A stretch of DNA of 64,000 nt from the human T2T-CHM13v2.0 reference genome, Homo sapiens. The stretch lies in assembly GCF_009914755.1 (NCBI RefSeq), contig NC_060928.1; one strand, written 5' to 3'. How positions within the stretch are numbered: position 1 is the first letter of the stretch; the number at the start of each line of letters is the position of its first letter. This document shows positions 33,382-47,889 of this stretch, piece after piece. A program made the position numbers and the translations under genes. The notes under the pieces are model-generated. The model was not told the origin of the DNA. It made no database searches and saw nothing but the letters and a program-made list of their open reading frames with translations.

Positions 33382-33791
33382 TAAATTTAATTTAGAAATA
33401 TATTCTTGACCCCTTATTCTTTTGTATACATCAATCTGTATACTCATTGTATAACTAGCAAAAATTTAGACTGTGAATTCTGCAAGGAAAAAAATAACAA
33501 TACTTAGCGGGAGTTTACTTTGCTTGCAATAAGTTTATTTTTCTTTTTAATGCTCCCATTTTGTCTTTCTAGGGATATGATTCTGAGGAAAGGGACTGCA
33601 GCATTGCTTGGTTGCTAATTTTATTTTTCTCCTTAGTATGATAGAGAGAGATTATGTAAAGACTGTAGAAAGATCTTTTTTCTTGTCAGAGAGACATTTG
33701 TCAGAACAAGTAGATTATTTTGTAACAAACTTTCTGGCACGTGGAAAAGTAGAATCGGTTTGAGAATCAGGGCTCAGCAGACCCTCTACCT

Positions 33792-34384
33792 TGTCACAAG
33801 GGACAGAGGGCTTTCTGTATCCCCGGGTTTCTTGTCCTGGTGTACCAGAAGAATTGGATCACACGTGGGCTTGGAGAATGAATGCGAGGTTTTATTGAGT
33901 GGAAGTAGCTCTCAGCAGATGAGGAAGCCAGAGGGAAATGGTTTTTCCCTGGAGTCAGGCCGGGTCAGCGGCCGGGGTTCTCCTCTGAAGGCCCCCGCCA
34001 AACGCTGCCTTGTCCCGACCGTGGATGGCCTGCCAGCGTGCTGGCGTCCGTCAGCGTGCTCTTCTGTCGTGGTGCTCCCTCAAGGTCCTCTCGCTATCCA
34101 GCCGCTTCTTTCTTCTTCCGCTGATGTGCTCCTCTGGAGGTCTGGCCGCCTGTGTGCTGGCCCGCTAGGGTCTTGGGTTTTATAGGCCCAGAATGGGGGT
34201 GCAGCAGGCCAGGGTGGCCTTGGAAAATGCAACATTTGGGTGCCAAAGCAGGAGTGCCTGTCCTGACCTAGGTCCGTGGGGGTAGAACCTCAGCCAGCGA
34301 CTGGACTTTATCCAGAACTTCCCTTCCCCGCTTCCATATCATTTAAAGGGACCGCGGTCTTTCCTTTCCAGCACTCCTGTATCA
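33792..34384 (-). mobile_element. GC-rich ERV1 solo LTR (LTR27-like)
   Basis: Minus strand starts tgatacaggagtgctggaaaggaaagaccgcggtccctttaaatgatatggaagcggggaagggaag; aataaa near 33895; ends tgaca. Confidence 0.8.
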
Positions 34385-34564
34385 ATATAAACACTGAAAA
34401 TATGACAAAATACAATACTATTCCACATACTTATGACTTAAATATATTAATCTTTAATTTAAATTAGAAAAATAATAAAGTATACATAAAATAAATTTAA
34501 GCAGTATCAAACCGTCATATCCAATACACAAATGACTTAGTGAGTCACAATAATTAATGAAAAG

Positions 34565-34790
34565 TATAGGAGTCACATCTGTTTCTATCTAGGATGGACT
34601 AATATGGATCAAATTTATATTCGCCTTAAAAGAAAAAATATATGAAATATTTTTTCATAACACTGAACATCAGGCAATGATAGTGATTGAGTAAAGGGAA
34701 AAAGTCACTGAATAAAGGAAAACAAAAGAGATGGCCTCTATAATTGGCCTATATACTGCCCTGAAAGAGTTTCTAGCAGCTAAGGTGTAG
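34565..34790 (+). mobile_element. Old L1M 5'-region fragment
   Basis: aaatatatgaaa...ttttcataacactgaacatcaggca motif. Confidence 0.5.
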
Positions 34791-36235
34791 GAAGCAAAAA
34801 TCAAATTTTGCAAAAGATAAAAATGTATATTTATACATAGATTTATACTAAGCTAAATTTTTAAGTTGAAATTCTTTGCTATAGAACTTTAAAGCTAAAT
34901 AAGACAATTTCAATGAACTATCACTGGTCGGTAAAGTAACATCTCCTTCCGTTCAGTATAGCTTCTGAGATTCAGATCTGGGGTCTCATTATTTAACAAA
35001 ATTATTCTACAGTTACGCTGTGCATTTATATACAAGGGAGTCCTCTGAACTGGCAATTATTGAATTATGATATTTTAATTTGATATTGTTTTCTAAATAA
35101 AACCCAATATATAAAGTGGTCTGCCCAAATTCCATTCCTTAATCTGAAATCCTGGTCTTGTCTGTATGAATCTATATTCAAGATCACATCTACTTCAGCA
35201 ACAAAAGGCACTTTGTGTTCTCCTCTCTGTTTGAGTCTTTCTAATAATGTTGCACTTCTATATAATTTGCAATTTACTATACAAACACTCTGTTTATTTT
35301 CCACCCATATTACTTAGTGCAACTATTGTAAAGAAGATGAGTTTTAGGGAATATAAAAGCTAACCTGAGACTGCACTTCCTAAAGTGTCAGGCATATGTG
35401 TCTGTTTATAACCTACAGGCTGAGAAGCATTTGGCCAGAGTACTCAGCACAGGGAAATAATGGAAATTACTTAGATCATTGAAAGAGGATTAGTGGTAAA
35501 ATTAAGCAAAACTGTGTGCCTCTGTACCTGCTTTATTACTCTGCATTACAGGCTGCCTGAATGACAAAGTTAACCCTGTCTCTATGCTGTGCTTCATGAA
35601 GCCATTTAGAAATTCAGTCTCTTCTTACTTTAACCATTAGTGAAGTAAATAAGTGTATGATGGATTTTCCTCATCGGGTCAATAAAAATCAGTTTCAAAA
35701 TAATTCATTACATATAACTTTGGTTTAGCTTCCTTAATGTTGCTTGGATAAATAATTTTCGTATTGGTATACATTTCTAAAATAAAACAAAATATCAGTG
35801 ACGTTTAATATGCTTGCCAATAAGTTGAATAATTGTTACCAAATGCTAACCTTTTCTTATATGAGTTAGTTATACTATACTAAAGTAGGTAAAAGGAGGA
35901 AAAACAGTGTTACAATGAAGACAGAAAATAGCGCACAAATATCTTGCTGTCTTAATGATTAATTCAGATCACTTCAAACTTACTTTATCTGGAGTAATTT
36001 CTATTAATTGTGCGGAAGGTTGAAATGCATAAGTCAATTTGGCCAGAAGCACAGACTGTTCCATGCAAAGAAGGCCCACCAGGGAAGCTGTATCAGAAAA
36101 CTAATCACAAGCATTATGAGTTAGGAAAGTTGAAATTAACCCACTGTGCTCATGCATGTACATATAAAACAGAAAAATTAAATAGAAATTAAAGTTGTAC
36201 AAATTATATATTACACACAGTACAATTTGTGCTCA

Positions 36236-36324
36236 TGTAAGTAAATGGAATTTACTTACAGCATGTGCCTGTGTAAGTAAATGGAATTTACTTACAGCAT
36301 GTGCCTGTGTAAGTAAATGGAATT
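36236..36324. repeat. 36-bp tandem repeat (~2.5 copies) with internal hairpin
   Basis: Unit TGTAAGTAAATGGAATTTACTTACAGCATGTGCCTG starts at 36236, 36272 and 36308 (partial). Confidence 0.95.
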
Positions 36325-38159
36325 CAAATATAGATCATTAGACTTCTAGTTACTTATATTTTGATTGTGCTGTCATTATTTAGCATATCTGTCACAGACA
36401 AATATGGATTTTACTGGAACTAATTCCTTCATAGGCTTGTTTTCCTCTCTTTTAAGATTAAACATTTAATTTTCTATAATGCCATATAAATCTTTTCATC
36501 ATTTTATTCAGTATGGCAGAATTGAACATTCTGTAGATTGCTACCTTGACATGAGTAGGACTTTGTCTCCACTCCAATTTCATAAGACTTTATGTCTGTT
36601 ATGGTATCTCTTGTACTTATCAGTTTACATAGCTATTTATGTGTGTGTGCATGTGTGTGTTTAATTCTGTGATCAATTCCTTGAAAGCAGAAAAACTTGC
36701 TTTTATTTTTTCCTCACACTAGTAGCATCGTGTCATGCATGTATTCTGGGAGTATTTATAAAACGAGAAAATCCAGAAAAAAATAAAATACCCCTCGATT
36801 TATAGTTATTGTGTAGATCTGGTTGATACCATCTAAGTTTTTATGAGTTCGTAATCTAGGTATGTATTAGATCCTACAATGACATACATTTGAATTTCCT
36901 TGTGTTGACGTGACAAACACCAAGGATAATATTATGTTTCATGTTGAATGTTTAAAGATTTTTTTTCCTAATTTATAAAAAACAGATTGTTTAGAGATGC
37001 TCATGTCACAACCTTTAATAAATACTTTCAAATTACATTTAAGAAATAAAAAAAATTATTGTGAAAACTTATATTTAAATTAAAAGTCTGCAATGTAAGA
37101 CTCCAGGCTACCTAAGTTTATAAAGGCTTACTCCCTCACTTATACTTCATACTGAAATCTAGTGTATGCATTTAAAAGTAAAGATTTATTTGACATAAAT
37201 TAGCCTTTCAGTCTCTTTACATTGGTGTAGTATAATAACTTATCCTATAATGCAGGCATAAATGATGATACAAATATTTTACAAGACTAATGTGTTTAGT
37301 AAATGAATTGTGTAAAAATTTACTTACACTAAGTAAAATAATATTTTTAAAAGAGAAATAGCTTACCAATATATGTTATCTAATAATATTAGCATATTTT
37401 TGTTAAAATTATAAGATTATAAGAATACATTATATTGGAACAGACATCATATCAATAGAGATTCATAAACATAGTTGCAGAATTTGACATATTATTTTCA
37501 AAATGTTAAAGATAAACTAATATTCCTTAATCTAACACATATATCTATTTCAAAAAAGCAGCAGTTCTTTTAATTTTAATATTAATGATTCAGTTATAGA
37601 AATTACTATTTACTTCTAATATTTGAAAAGTACATAGCATATAGGTAGTTTATAAAAAGCAACATATAATAAAAATGTGTAAATTAAATAAAATATCACA
37701 ATACGTGTGCCACGACTAAACCCCCATACTACATATATCACCCGCTTACAAAACACATATACCTACACTGAATCCTATCATCCAGGATTAACTACTACAA
37801 CTACTGTTAACAGTTTTGTTGATTCTTTCCTTTTTTAAAATTTTTAAATCTTCATTTGGACAAGATTATGTGAGTAGTTAGAGGGAGATGTATATACAAA
37901 TTTCACAGACATCTCATATATGACTATTTTAAAAATATAATCATATTTTATATATGATTCACAAAATACTTTTTTCACTTAGCATATAGCATAACATTTT
38001 TTATATTAGTGATACACATATATCTTATTCTTTTACTCACCAATTCATGTTTTTTAAATGCAAAACCGTTTTTACAAGCCTATATCTTTATTCACTGTTA
38101 AAAGTACTAGAAATAAAGCAGAGACTAACCAGACAAAATTACAGCAGTTAGATGGCTTC

Positions 38160-38880
38160 TATTTTATACTGGAAAGCTGAGAAAGCAACCAGAGAAGGTG
38201 ATACCTGAGAAAGAACTGAAGGAAGTGAGGGACTAGACATGTAGAGCTTCAGTAGATGAAATTCCAGGCTGAGAAAAATAAAACAAAATCTTTCAGTCAA
38301 GAAAATCCTTGAAATATGCGATTAAACAGAATGATCACTGGCTGAAATGTGCTGAATTCAATTGTAGCCACTGAAATAGTCTGTTGGCATAACTCTCTAT
38401 AAATGGTTCAGTGTTAACAGGTTAATTATAATTAACAATGCCATATTTTATAGTTATAAATAAACTCTTTTTAATCATTAAATATTGCAAGAACCACAAA
38501 ATAGTGTCTGACTCGAAGAAACAATTGTTATTGCTATAAAATAATAAGCCACTATAAATATGGAGACTGCCCAGAGGTAGTGCTGAATACATATATTGGA
38601 GGTCATTATCATATGGGTGAAGTTAGTGGAACACAAAATGGGAAAGGGACAGAGATGAAACTGACGTAAACATGAAAATTTGCTAAGTCCAGGAGATTGA
38701 GAAAAAAAAAAACAACAGCAAAGGGGATGAGAAGAAGCTGCTAGAGATGTGGAAGAAAATAAATTCAAAGAGTATGACACTAAGTCATTTGAGAGTTTTA
38801 AAATACTCATAAATGCAATTATGAAAATGTAATAGCAATTTAAAAAGAAGTGTAAAAAGGAGAGCCTGACTACCAAGTTT
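38160..38880 (-). mobile_element. L2 fragments
   Basis: gagaaggtgatacctgagaaagaactgaaggaagtgaggg...; gagcctgactacca. Confidence 0.55.
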
Positions 38881-40527
38881 TGAGACATATCTTGGAAGCA
38901 CAAACATAGAGACATTTATTGTAGAGTATTGATATCTCCTAAAAATCTGTATCATTTTCAATGACAGAAAAGTCAGTTAAAATACCTATGGATTTTAAAA
39001 ATCAAAACTAGTTTTATTTTCAAAAATATGGATATTATTAAAATCAATAGGCTTTTATAAGAGTACTCGATTAGAGTCCCCCTTACTAATTCACTTCTCG
39101 AATTGTATCACATGAGCTAACCAGCTTCCTACTTACCCACTTAGAGAATGCAACCTTAAGAATAAAGGCCCAGAATGAAGAATAAACACTTTTAAAGAGT
39201 GAAGAAATATGGCCACATATCCTATCTATAATGGATAAATATGTTAGTCTTCTACTTCTATATGAGATAATGTTAAGCTAGTAGCTGTAATCTTCTTTGT
39301 ATCTTCTAGATATGTTTCTGTGACAGAATATTGAGTGAAAAAGTGAATAAGTGGTTTCATAGGTAAAATAGCATGTCGGATGAGTGTAAGTTTAAGAAAG
39401 CTTGTAGTTTTTGAGCTGAGATTTTAAAGTGAAATTTGAGACAATGAAAATGAGGAGATAAAAACTTCCTGAGAAAAGAAAACCATCAATCAAAATTGTT
39501 CTAAGCTCCAAACATATTATAAAATTTATAAAATTCAGAGTATTCATGCAAGATGTTAATTGGGTCACTTCACCCCAGCTAGGTTAAAAAAAAAATCCCC
39601 TTAGCTTCTAGCTAGGTGATAATTACATTTATTCTTGTGAAATGAAGTGACTATATGTGGGTAGAAAATTCTTTGCACTGAGCTAGACAAAGGCTGAGTG
39701 GAAATCAGTGAAGTATAACGACAAAGAAAAGAATTAGGACAATAAAATTAATAACCACACATAATTAGCATTATAACAACCTTTTATTTGTGAGTAATTA
39801 CTACTTTTGTAATGGGTTGATTATTAAATTTTAGTCATAGATTCGTTTTGGCTTTATTCTTCCTTAACAAGAATTTTGATTGCTGAGTTATTTTTTTCTT
39901 AAGAAAGTATTAACTTGATTTTTTCTGACTATTTAATTTTATTCTGTTTATGACAGAAAATGCTTTTGTAAAGTTTTAAATTATTTTTCTAAATATGAGA
40001 TTTTCAGTGAGTTGTATTTTTGTTTGATCAAATGAATTTTATAATTCAATCTGATATTTTACTTTACTAATTCTAGTCAATTAGCTTTCTCTTCAGTATC
40101 TTAGCTATCAATTATATTTTAAATAGTCACTTTTTTTCATTCATTTTGCAGTACATTTCCTGTTTTGCCACTATGCACAAGCAATTGTAAATTGTAAAAA
40201 TATTGCTTTCAACAGGAGCATTCGTGAATGCCTCCCATTTTCGGGTCTCAAGGGAGCACACCCTGGCAAGAAAATCTAGCAAATATATTTGATAACAAAG
40301 GAAGAAGTAGAATCCCTATCATATGTAAGAACTGACAAAAGACCTTTGTCTTTTGTGCCTATGTAATTTTTTTGGCCTTATTAGCAGCAAGAACAAAAAA
40401 CAACATAGATCTCATAGATGTATCATAAAATTATTAGGCTGTCCTAAAAAAAATGAATAAAACTTCTTAAAAGTTCCAACAATTTCGGTTGTCTGAAAAA
40501 ATTACTGTGCTGTTGTGTAAGAAAAAG

Positions 40528-40673
40528 GTTTTTATTATTATTATTATACTTTAAGTTATTGGATACATGTGCAGAATGTGCAGGTTTGCTACATACCTGT
40601 TACATACCTATATACCTGTATATGTGTGTAACAAACCTGCACGTTCTGCACATGTATCCAAGAACTTAAAGTA
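40528..40673. mobile_element. Fold-back pair of L1PA 3' termini (47-bp inverted arms)
   Basis: 40547-40593 vs reverse complement of 40627-40673: 44/47 identical. Confidence 0.92.
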
Positions 40674-40694
40674 AACCTTCACTTTCCATATGAA

Positions 40695-41235
40695 CTGGCA
40701 ATATCTGAAGTTGGCATGCACATAATCGATGACCCAGTCATTGCATTCATAGGTATGTGCCCAATAATAACATGTACATGTGTGTCACAAAAGTACAAGA
40801 ATTCTATTATTCATAAATAATGCTGTTACTCATAAAGGATGCATTTTTCATAAATCTAAAAATTAAAATAAATCAAATTCTATCAAGAATAGAAAAATCA
40901 ATTGTGATATATCCCTTAAAAGAGAATGCAAATTAAATAAATGTGTGCTACAGTAAACAACATGGAAAAAACATACTGAAAGAAAGAACTCAGATATAAA
41001 AGAGCAGATATTGTATGATTCCATGTAAATAACATGCATAGACAGAAAACCTAATTATTGCTGAAAGCTGGATACTGTTTTCCATTATGGGGACTGCGAC
41101 TTGAAGCACCATGAGGACTTCTGGATGCTGGGGCTAATCGTGATCGGTTCACTTTGTGAAACTTTGTCCAGCAACATCTTTGTGATTTGTGTAGTTTTTC
41201 TATATTTTATAAATGGTAATACGTTTTTCTATAAA
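40695..41235 (+). mobile_element. Old L1ME 3' fragment
   Basis: gatgacccagtcattgcattcataggtat...ttgtatgattccatgta...ttcactttgtgaaa. Confidence 0.7.
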
Positions 41236-44200
41236 ATAGTAAGATAAAAAATTTGTGTTGTACAAATTATTTTGTTAAAAATAGTTTGTCTGGAAATACA
41301 ACCTAAAATAAGACAGAAATATATAATCAAAATCGCGTGAAATGCACTCTAGGAATTAAATATTTATGTCATAAGCAAAAGTTGAACCTGGATATTCAAT
41401 AAACATATGAAAGGATACCACACTTTATCAATAGTAACACCAATACCACGTTTAATGGGATGATGGCTTATTAATTTCTCTAATAGATGGTAACATCGGG
41501 ATGAACAAGATTTATTATGTTAGTCAAATTAAAGATGCTTGTGATGAACACAGAATCTTAACTGTCAGTACCTGCACAACAAACTTTATTAAGTGGTATG
41601 TTGTTGAAAATTATTTAAATGAGAAGATAATGAAGCAAAACTCTTGAAATATGTTTAGCATAATTAATTCTGAAAAGTAGGGAAGTTCATTAAAGCTAAG
41701 AAAATAGTTTCCCATTTTAAAAAACATATTTTAAACCATTTAAAGTACTGCATTAAAATGACTCAAAAGAATCAGCAATCAGGTTATATTTAAGCTTTTC
41801 TTTTGCCATTAGAAAATAATATATAAAATATTTTCCCTAAATGTCTTGAACAAGTCAGTAAAATAATATTACTCCTCATGAATTAAGTAGTAGTTATAAT
41901 TTCATAATAATAGAATTATATAATTTCATAATAATAGTTATATATCCTATTAATCTAGAGTTTTGAAAACATTTAGACAAAGGGTTATATTCTAAGAGTA
42001 AAACTACATGGCTACATTTAATATATGTGGGGCTAAAACAGCAAGATCTCTTAAATCTAGTTCATATTCTTTTGAAAATGTAACAAAATGTTACCTATTT
42101 TTCCATTATTGTTCTGTACTGTAATATATATTAGTAATCAAGAAGCAGGAGAGAAAACAAATTGCCAAATAATATAAAAGTTGGCATAATTTGTAGAATT
42201 GATCAAATAAGCAATTACTATATTAAATGTGAAATGGAGAAGATCTTTAATAATAGAGATAGAAATCATAAGATACATAAAGAAAGGCATTAAAAAATAA
42301 AATCAACAATTAAGAAAATAAAAAATAAGAAACCAGTGTGCTACAATAGCATTTTCTATATGTGTAGACTGTATTTCTGGAGACCTGTACCATGAATCTA
42401 GATTTAAAAAAAAAGAATGATAGAATTAATGCCTATAGAAGTCCAAATCATTTTTGTGCCCTATTAGTGAAAAATTGAGTTAGTTTTTTATATAAAAATT
42501 GAAAATGAACGTTAACAATTATAAAGAAAAAAATACTCAGCTGATTTTTAATATATCTCCGTTTTGACAAGCTTTATGTAATCTCAGATTATTCAAATAA
42601 TTGTTTATATATTATTTTTTCACAGTGACATAAAAAATGTTAACATTTCGTCCAATTCCTGTTTGTGGAAATTGTATTCATTATTCCCCTAGATACTTGG
42701 CTAAGAAATAAAATGAGGCATAATGATACTTTCTTCTCAAAAAATATTAATTCAGGTCTTTTGGTCAGGAACACTTTCTGCAATATACAATCTTTCTAGA
42801 GTATGTTGAATACCAATTTAGATAACTCTCAGCTAGGATATAAATGATATTTTATTTTATGATACCTCTCTTTTCTTTCCTTCTCTTTTTCCCTCCTTTT
42901 CTCTCTCCCTCCCTTCCTCTTCTCATAATGCAAAGCATTAGTGGAAAATCTGACAAGTATTTATTTCTTTTTAAAATTGAAAATCTGTAATGAAATCAAA
43001 TAGCTTTCTTCCAGAGCAGCTCTTCTGCTCTTCATTTTTACCATGCCATTTGCTCTTTAAAGCAGACATCTGGAATGAACAGGCTCTCTCCAGATTCCAT
43101 GCTGCATGGACTTTTTGACCAGGAAAGCCATTTACCGATCAAATAAGCTTTTAATGGTCCTGTATTTTCCACTGTTTTTCTCCCAAAGAGAAGAATTACC
43201 AATAGCCCCAAACTTGCTGAGATGTTTAGCTCTTCAATACAAAGTAGATGTTTTTTCTGGTTAATATTTAATAATTTAAGGTTAACTCCTAAAGACCTTT
43301 GTTATTCTTAAGTGTCAATACACCTAGATTATGAGTTTACTTTATTCAAGTTCTAATTTAGGTATTTTTGAAAAATCGCATTGGTATTCTAAAAAAACAT
43401 ATTCTAAAATGTATATAAAGAAGAGCATAGAAGTAATATGCAGTCCAGATCCCACAAGCCAAATATTTTAAAATAGTTCATTAATCAAAATAAATTTATG
43501 TATATAAGTAATCCTTGTATTGAAAGGTGATGCAATTTTTATCTTCATAAATATGAATAACTCAAAATAAACTAAAAGAAAAACCACAAAAACCTGTTCT
43601 CTTTCATGAATTTAAATAATTCACAAAGAAATGCTTTCTGATGTTTTATATATTACTGCTATTTTACAATTAAAAGCAACCTTGTCATCATCTTTTGAAT
43701 AATGCTAATACAAAATTTTTAAAATTGTATGCCTGTTGTTTCTAACTATGATTGATTTACAATTCCATTAAGCCACATATTTTTGTATGTATAATAAAAA
43801 AACCTTGTATCTTGCACACTTTGGGAGTAAATATCAAAATATGTCACCCCTAAATTTAACATATTATGGAAATACTATTTATCTCTGTTAGAGAAACTTT
43901 TTTTCAGCCTCTAGAATGTTAATATTAATGTCCATGCTCTGAATTATTAGAATTTGTCTTGTAATTCACATGAAATACCAGTACCTAAGGCATTCATTTG
44001 ATAATTTGACAATAATTTGGTTGCCTTCCAGTACATGACAAAAGCATGACTGAGATAATTCCCATTTGAAAGAGACACTCTAAAGGACTTGCTAATTAAA
44101 TATTCCTTCAGATCATTGTTTCCAAAGAGCTAGTGTGCATAAAAATCACCTGTTAATATTCAAATGCCCTTTCCTATGATTAAATAAAACTTGATTAATT

Positions 44201-45847
44201 GGGTAATATTCATACTTCTTTTCTTTTGTTTCTCTCGTAGTCCATCTTCCCCTTCAGTCTTCATCCTCAAGCTTTTTCCCTTGTTCACCTATTTTAATTA
44301 GATGGAGTCTGAGACACATTAGCCAATGTTTTATTAATGATTGTGGTTGCTGTTTCTAAGTTACAAACCAGATTCTGTCATTCCTTTATTTTACTTTTTG
44401 TGCTGAGGTGAAAATTATTTCATTCTTTACTTGCATCTAATTTCAAGGTCCATATAATTGTCAATAAGCTAAATTCAGCAATTCAGGGCCTGAGATAGTA
44501 TATGTTTTTTGAAGCATTTTATGTTTTCTGCATGTATCAATTGAAAAGACAGAAGAAAGAGTATTCTTGTGTGATGGTTTGTCCTAGACATAGGGTTTGA
44601 GCTTGTTTCCTGAGTACTGTACTAAAAGAATATGTGAAAATGGAGAAACAAAAGTAAACAATATTAACAGTGAATAGGGAGTTGATTGGAAAGATCTCAA
44701 TGTAGAGAGAGGGTCCAAGTGATCATACAAATTTAGAACCTGTAGCACAAACAATTTTGAGGCTGCATGATAGTTAATGGAAGTCTTGGTAGCACTAAAC
44801 AGCTTGGGGACAAGTAAACTACAAACAAACATTCCAGAAACCATTGGAGAGAGGAAGAAAATTGGGTTGGCATCTGGCAAGTTGGCAGATGTTTATTATT
44901 GAATTTGAAAATCATTTTTGACAATAAGATTCTTAAAAGAGAAAAGTTTAAGTTAGTACATTATACATATTGTTGCTTCATTAAACATCATCAAAGATGT
45001 TCATCTGGATACAAAAAACTTACTGGAACCAACCAAAAGTTATGAGACATCCTATGGGTTTTGTAAGCACATGCACAAATATACACAAAATAAGTCAAAT
45101 AATGGAATGTGCCTTGATGCCAATTTGCTTATAGGTAAATGTTCTTCATATTAATTGTTTTAACAATCTGTAAATGTTAACTAAATTCTGGTTAAAATAT
45201 CTAGCATAGTGTACCAAATTTTGCCATGTACTGACTTGGCAAGTTATTCCTAAAATTGCAGATTCTGATTATTCTCTGAATAAGCAAACAAAAATAATTG
45301 TAACTTTTCCAGCATTTAAATGTATAGATTTTAGATCCAAGGCTTTGAGGCAATTTCGTCTCCCATTACTGTGCCTAATAACGTATGAACAAATTACTAT
45401 TTTTATCCTATTGACACCTAAGTATTCAACTTATTTATTTTTACATCCAATATGACTACTTCCACTGAGGGCAAAGTAAAGTTTGTATCAGATTGGAAGC
45501 TGACAGTGCTTTTTGCTCCTTAGCGGTATTCATGATTATCAAAAATGTTTTCGCATTTGCTGGGGTGCTCACTTTGACTCTTACAAGGAAATGGGAGAAG
45601 CAGGGATGGAATAAAAGTGGTTCTCTGGGCTACCTCTAATACTGCCATTGTCTGTCAATAAAAGGGAGTAGAAGTTAATGAGGTCCCATAGAGGAAATAG
45701 CTCTCAGTAATCAGAATGTTCAGGAATGAGTGGATCATATCATAAACTAAAGAACTCTGATCAGTTAAGTGCCAGCAGAATGTAAAAGGAACACGAATGG
45801 ATTGTCGATGAGGAAAAACATATTCACCAAATAGAGACTTTGTTTAA

Positions 45848-46162
<315 letters not shown>

Positions 46163-46539
46163 TGTCTCTATATTTACTTATGTGTTACTTTATTTAAAAG
46201 AAGCTATTTCTTCTCCTTTTCTCAGTATTTTCACATGATATGATGTGAATTGATGGCATTATAATTTAATCCACAGGTAATAGAATATCAAAAAGAGAAC
46301 ACGATAAAAGCTGAAAAAAAATAACTATCAGCAAAGATTTGGACCCTGCTGATGATGCAGGATCCTGAGGTTTTGGGTTGCCTTCTGCTGAGAATGAGTT
46401 AGACATCTTTTGGGTTATATAGTGGGTAGATTCATTGTTCAGAGGCATCACCAAGGGGCAGGGTAAATTTGTGGATAGTAAGATAAATGTATCTTAAATA
46501 AGTTAAATAAGTAAATATAAATGCATAAATGGCAGCAAG

Positions 46540-47017
46540 TGTGGTGGTTATACTGAGCATTTATGGTTCCTTTTATTGTGTAACATCGGTACCCCTTTTT
46601 CTACATCTGGGGAATTGAACTATATGGATCTCAGTGAGAAACCTATCCAGCTTCCTACTAAAGAAGCTGAAACTGCCAGATACGGACTTTCCAAGATTCT
46701 CTTGCAAAACAGAGTAGTGCAACACTTAACTTAGACTTCACTAATTGGACTTTGTTAAAAATAAGCAGGAACGATGAAGTAATCTTTCTGGTGGCAGAAA
46801 TTGTGATAGCGAGATCAGACTCCTTTAGCAAATGCAATAGAGATGTCTTCACTGGATCAGTAATGTGGTTTGGCATGAGATATTTTCCAGCCGCTGTAGC
46901 TTTAAACTTAGTATTCCAGGTTTTCTGAAGATTATGTGAGGAACATTATACCTTCTTAAAAATTCCTTTTCAGCCACAGCAAGTTTCTCTTAAAACTAAG
47001 AATGCAAAATGACACAA
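46540..47017 (+). mobile_element. ERVL LTR (LTR33-like)
   Basis: tgtggtggtt...gtaacatcggtacccc...tggggaa...aaaattccttttc...tgacaca. Confidence 0.5.
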
Positions 47018-47889
47018 AGTGTTTGAAGACTGTCACTGAACCATATATCAGGTTTCAGTGCGGAGGAGCTCCATGGGAGCACCCACTGGTCCTTTTCATA
47101 ACCCACTCCATCATTCCCCCCAAGGAAAAGAAGATGAGTGAACACAACAAAAGTTGATGAATAAGTTGGTTCTTGGGTTCCCTGTTCTTGGGAACTGCCT
47201 GTTCAGATGGGTGTATTGCTGGCAATTATCCAGAAGAGCGTTAGGTGGAGGGGCAAGTTTGTCTAGTTAAATGAGAAGTGAATTCTCTACGGCTATGAGA
47301 CACCAGTTTATTTATCAACAAATCTGAGACAGTAAAAGTACCATCATTTTTATGTAATTTTTTTCTGGCTTTTATATGTATTTCTCAGGGATTCTGAACT
47401 ATGTTGAACTGAAAAGTAAAAAGGAAAAATGTTGTTTACTACTCTCATTAGCAATAATATAATATAAATTTTATATATAACCAAGTCATAAACATATAAA
47501 TACATAATTTGGAGCATATAATTGAAGACACTTGTGTTTTACTGATAAGTGAAATTAGCATATACATGCTTTATTTATATGACATTATTCTATTTCCCTT
47601 AATGGTTTAGAAATTGTTTATAACTTTAGTCATTTTCAATTTTATGTATAAAATTTTATAGATCATTATAGAAAAGTTTTATGAAACTAAAATTAAGGAA
47701 AACCAAAATTACATATAAATGGAAATCTTTATTACTCCAAATGTTTTTCAAAGAACTACTGCATTTTGCTTCCTAAGACGTGAAGAAAAATGCTTTTGTG
47801 AGGCATATAAAGTTATACTTAAAAAAAAAAGCCTCAAGCAGATTCTTACACTTCATTGACTCCATTAATCTTTATTTTTCTTATTTTTG

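Noticed and set aside
33760-34185. 141-aa ORF and CpG-rich patch suggesting a gene promoter
   Set aside because: Lies within an LTR27-like solo LTR.
36236-36324. 36-bp palindromic repeats resembling CRISPR direct repeats
   Set aside because: Units are directly adjacent with no unique spacers, there are no cas genes, and the DNA is primate.
41886-41938. Short tandem duplication tataatttcataataatag; also attatttatgatacatg x2 at ~56736
   Set aside because: Ordinary slippage duplications in AT-rich DNA.
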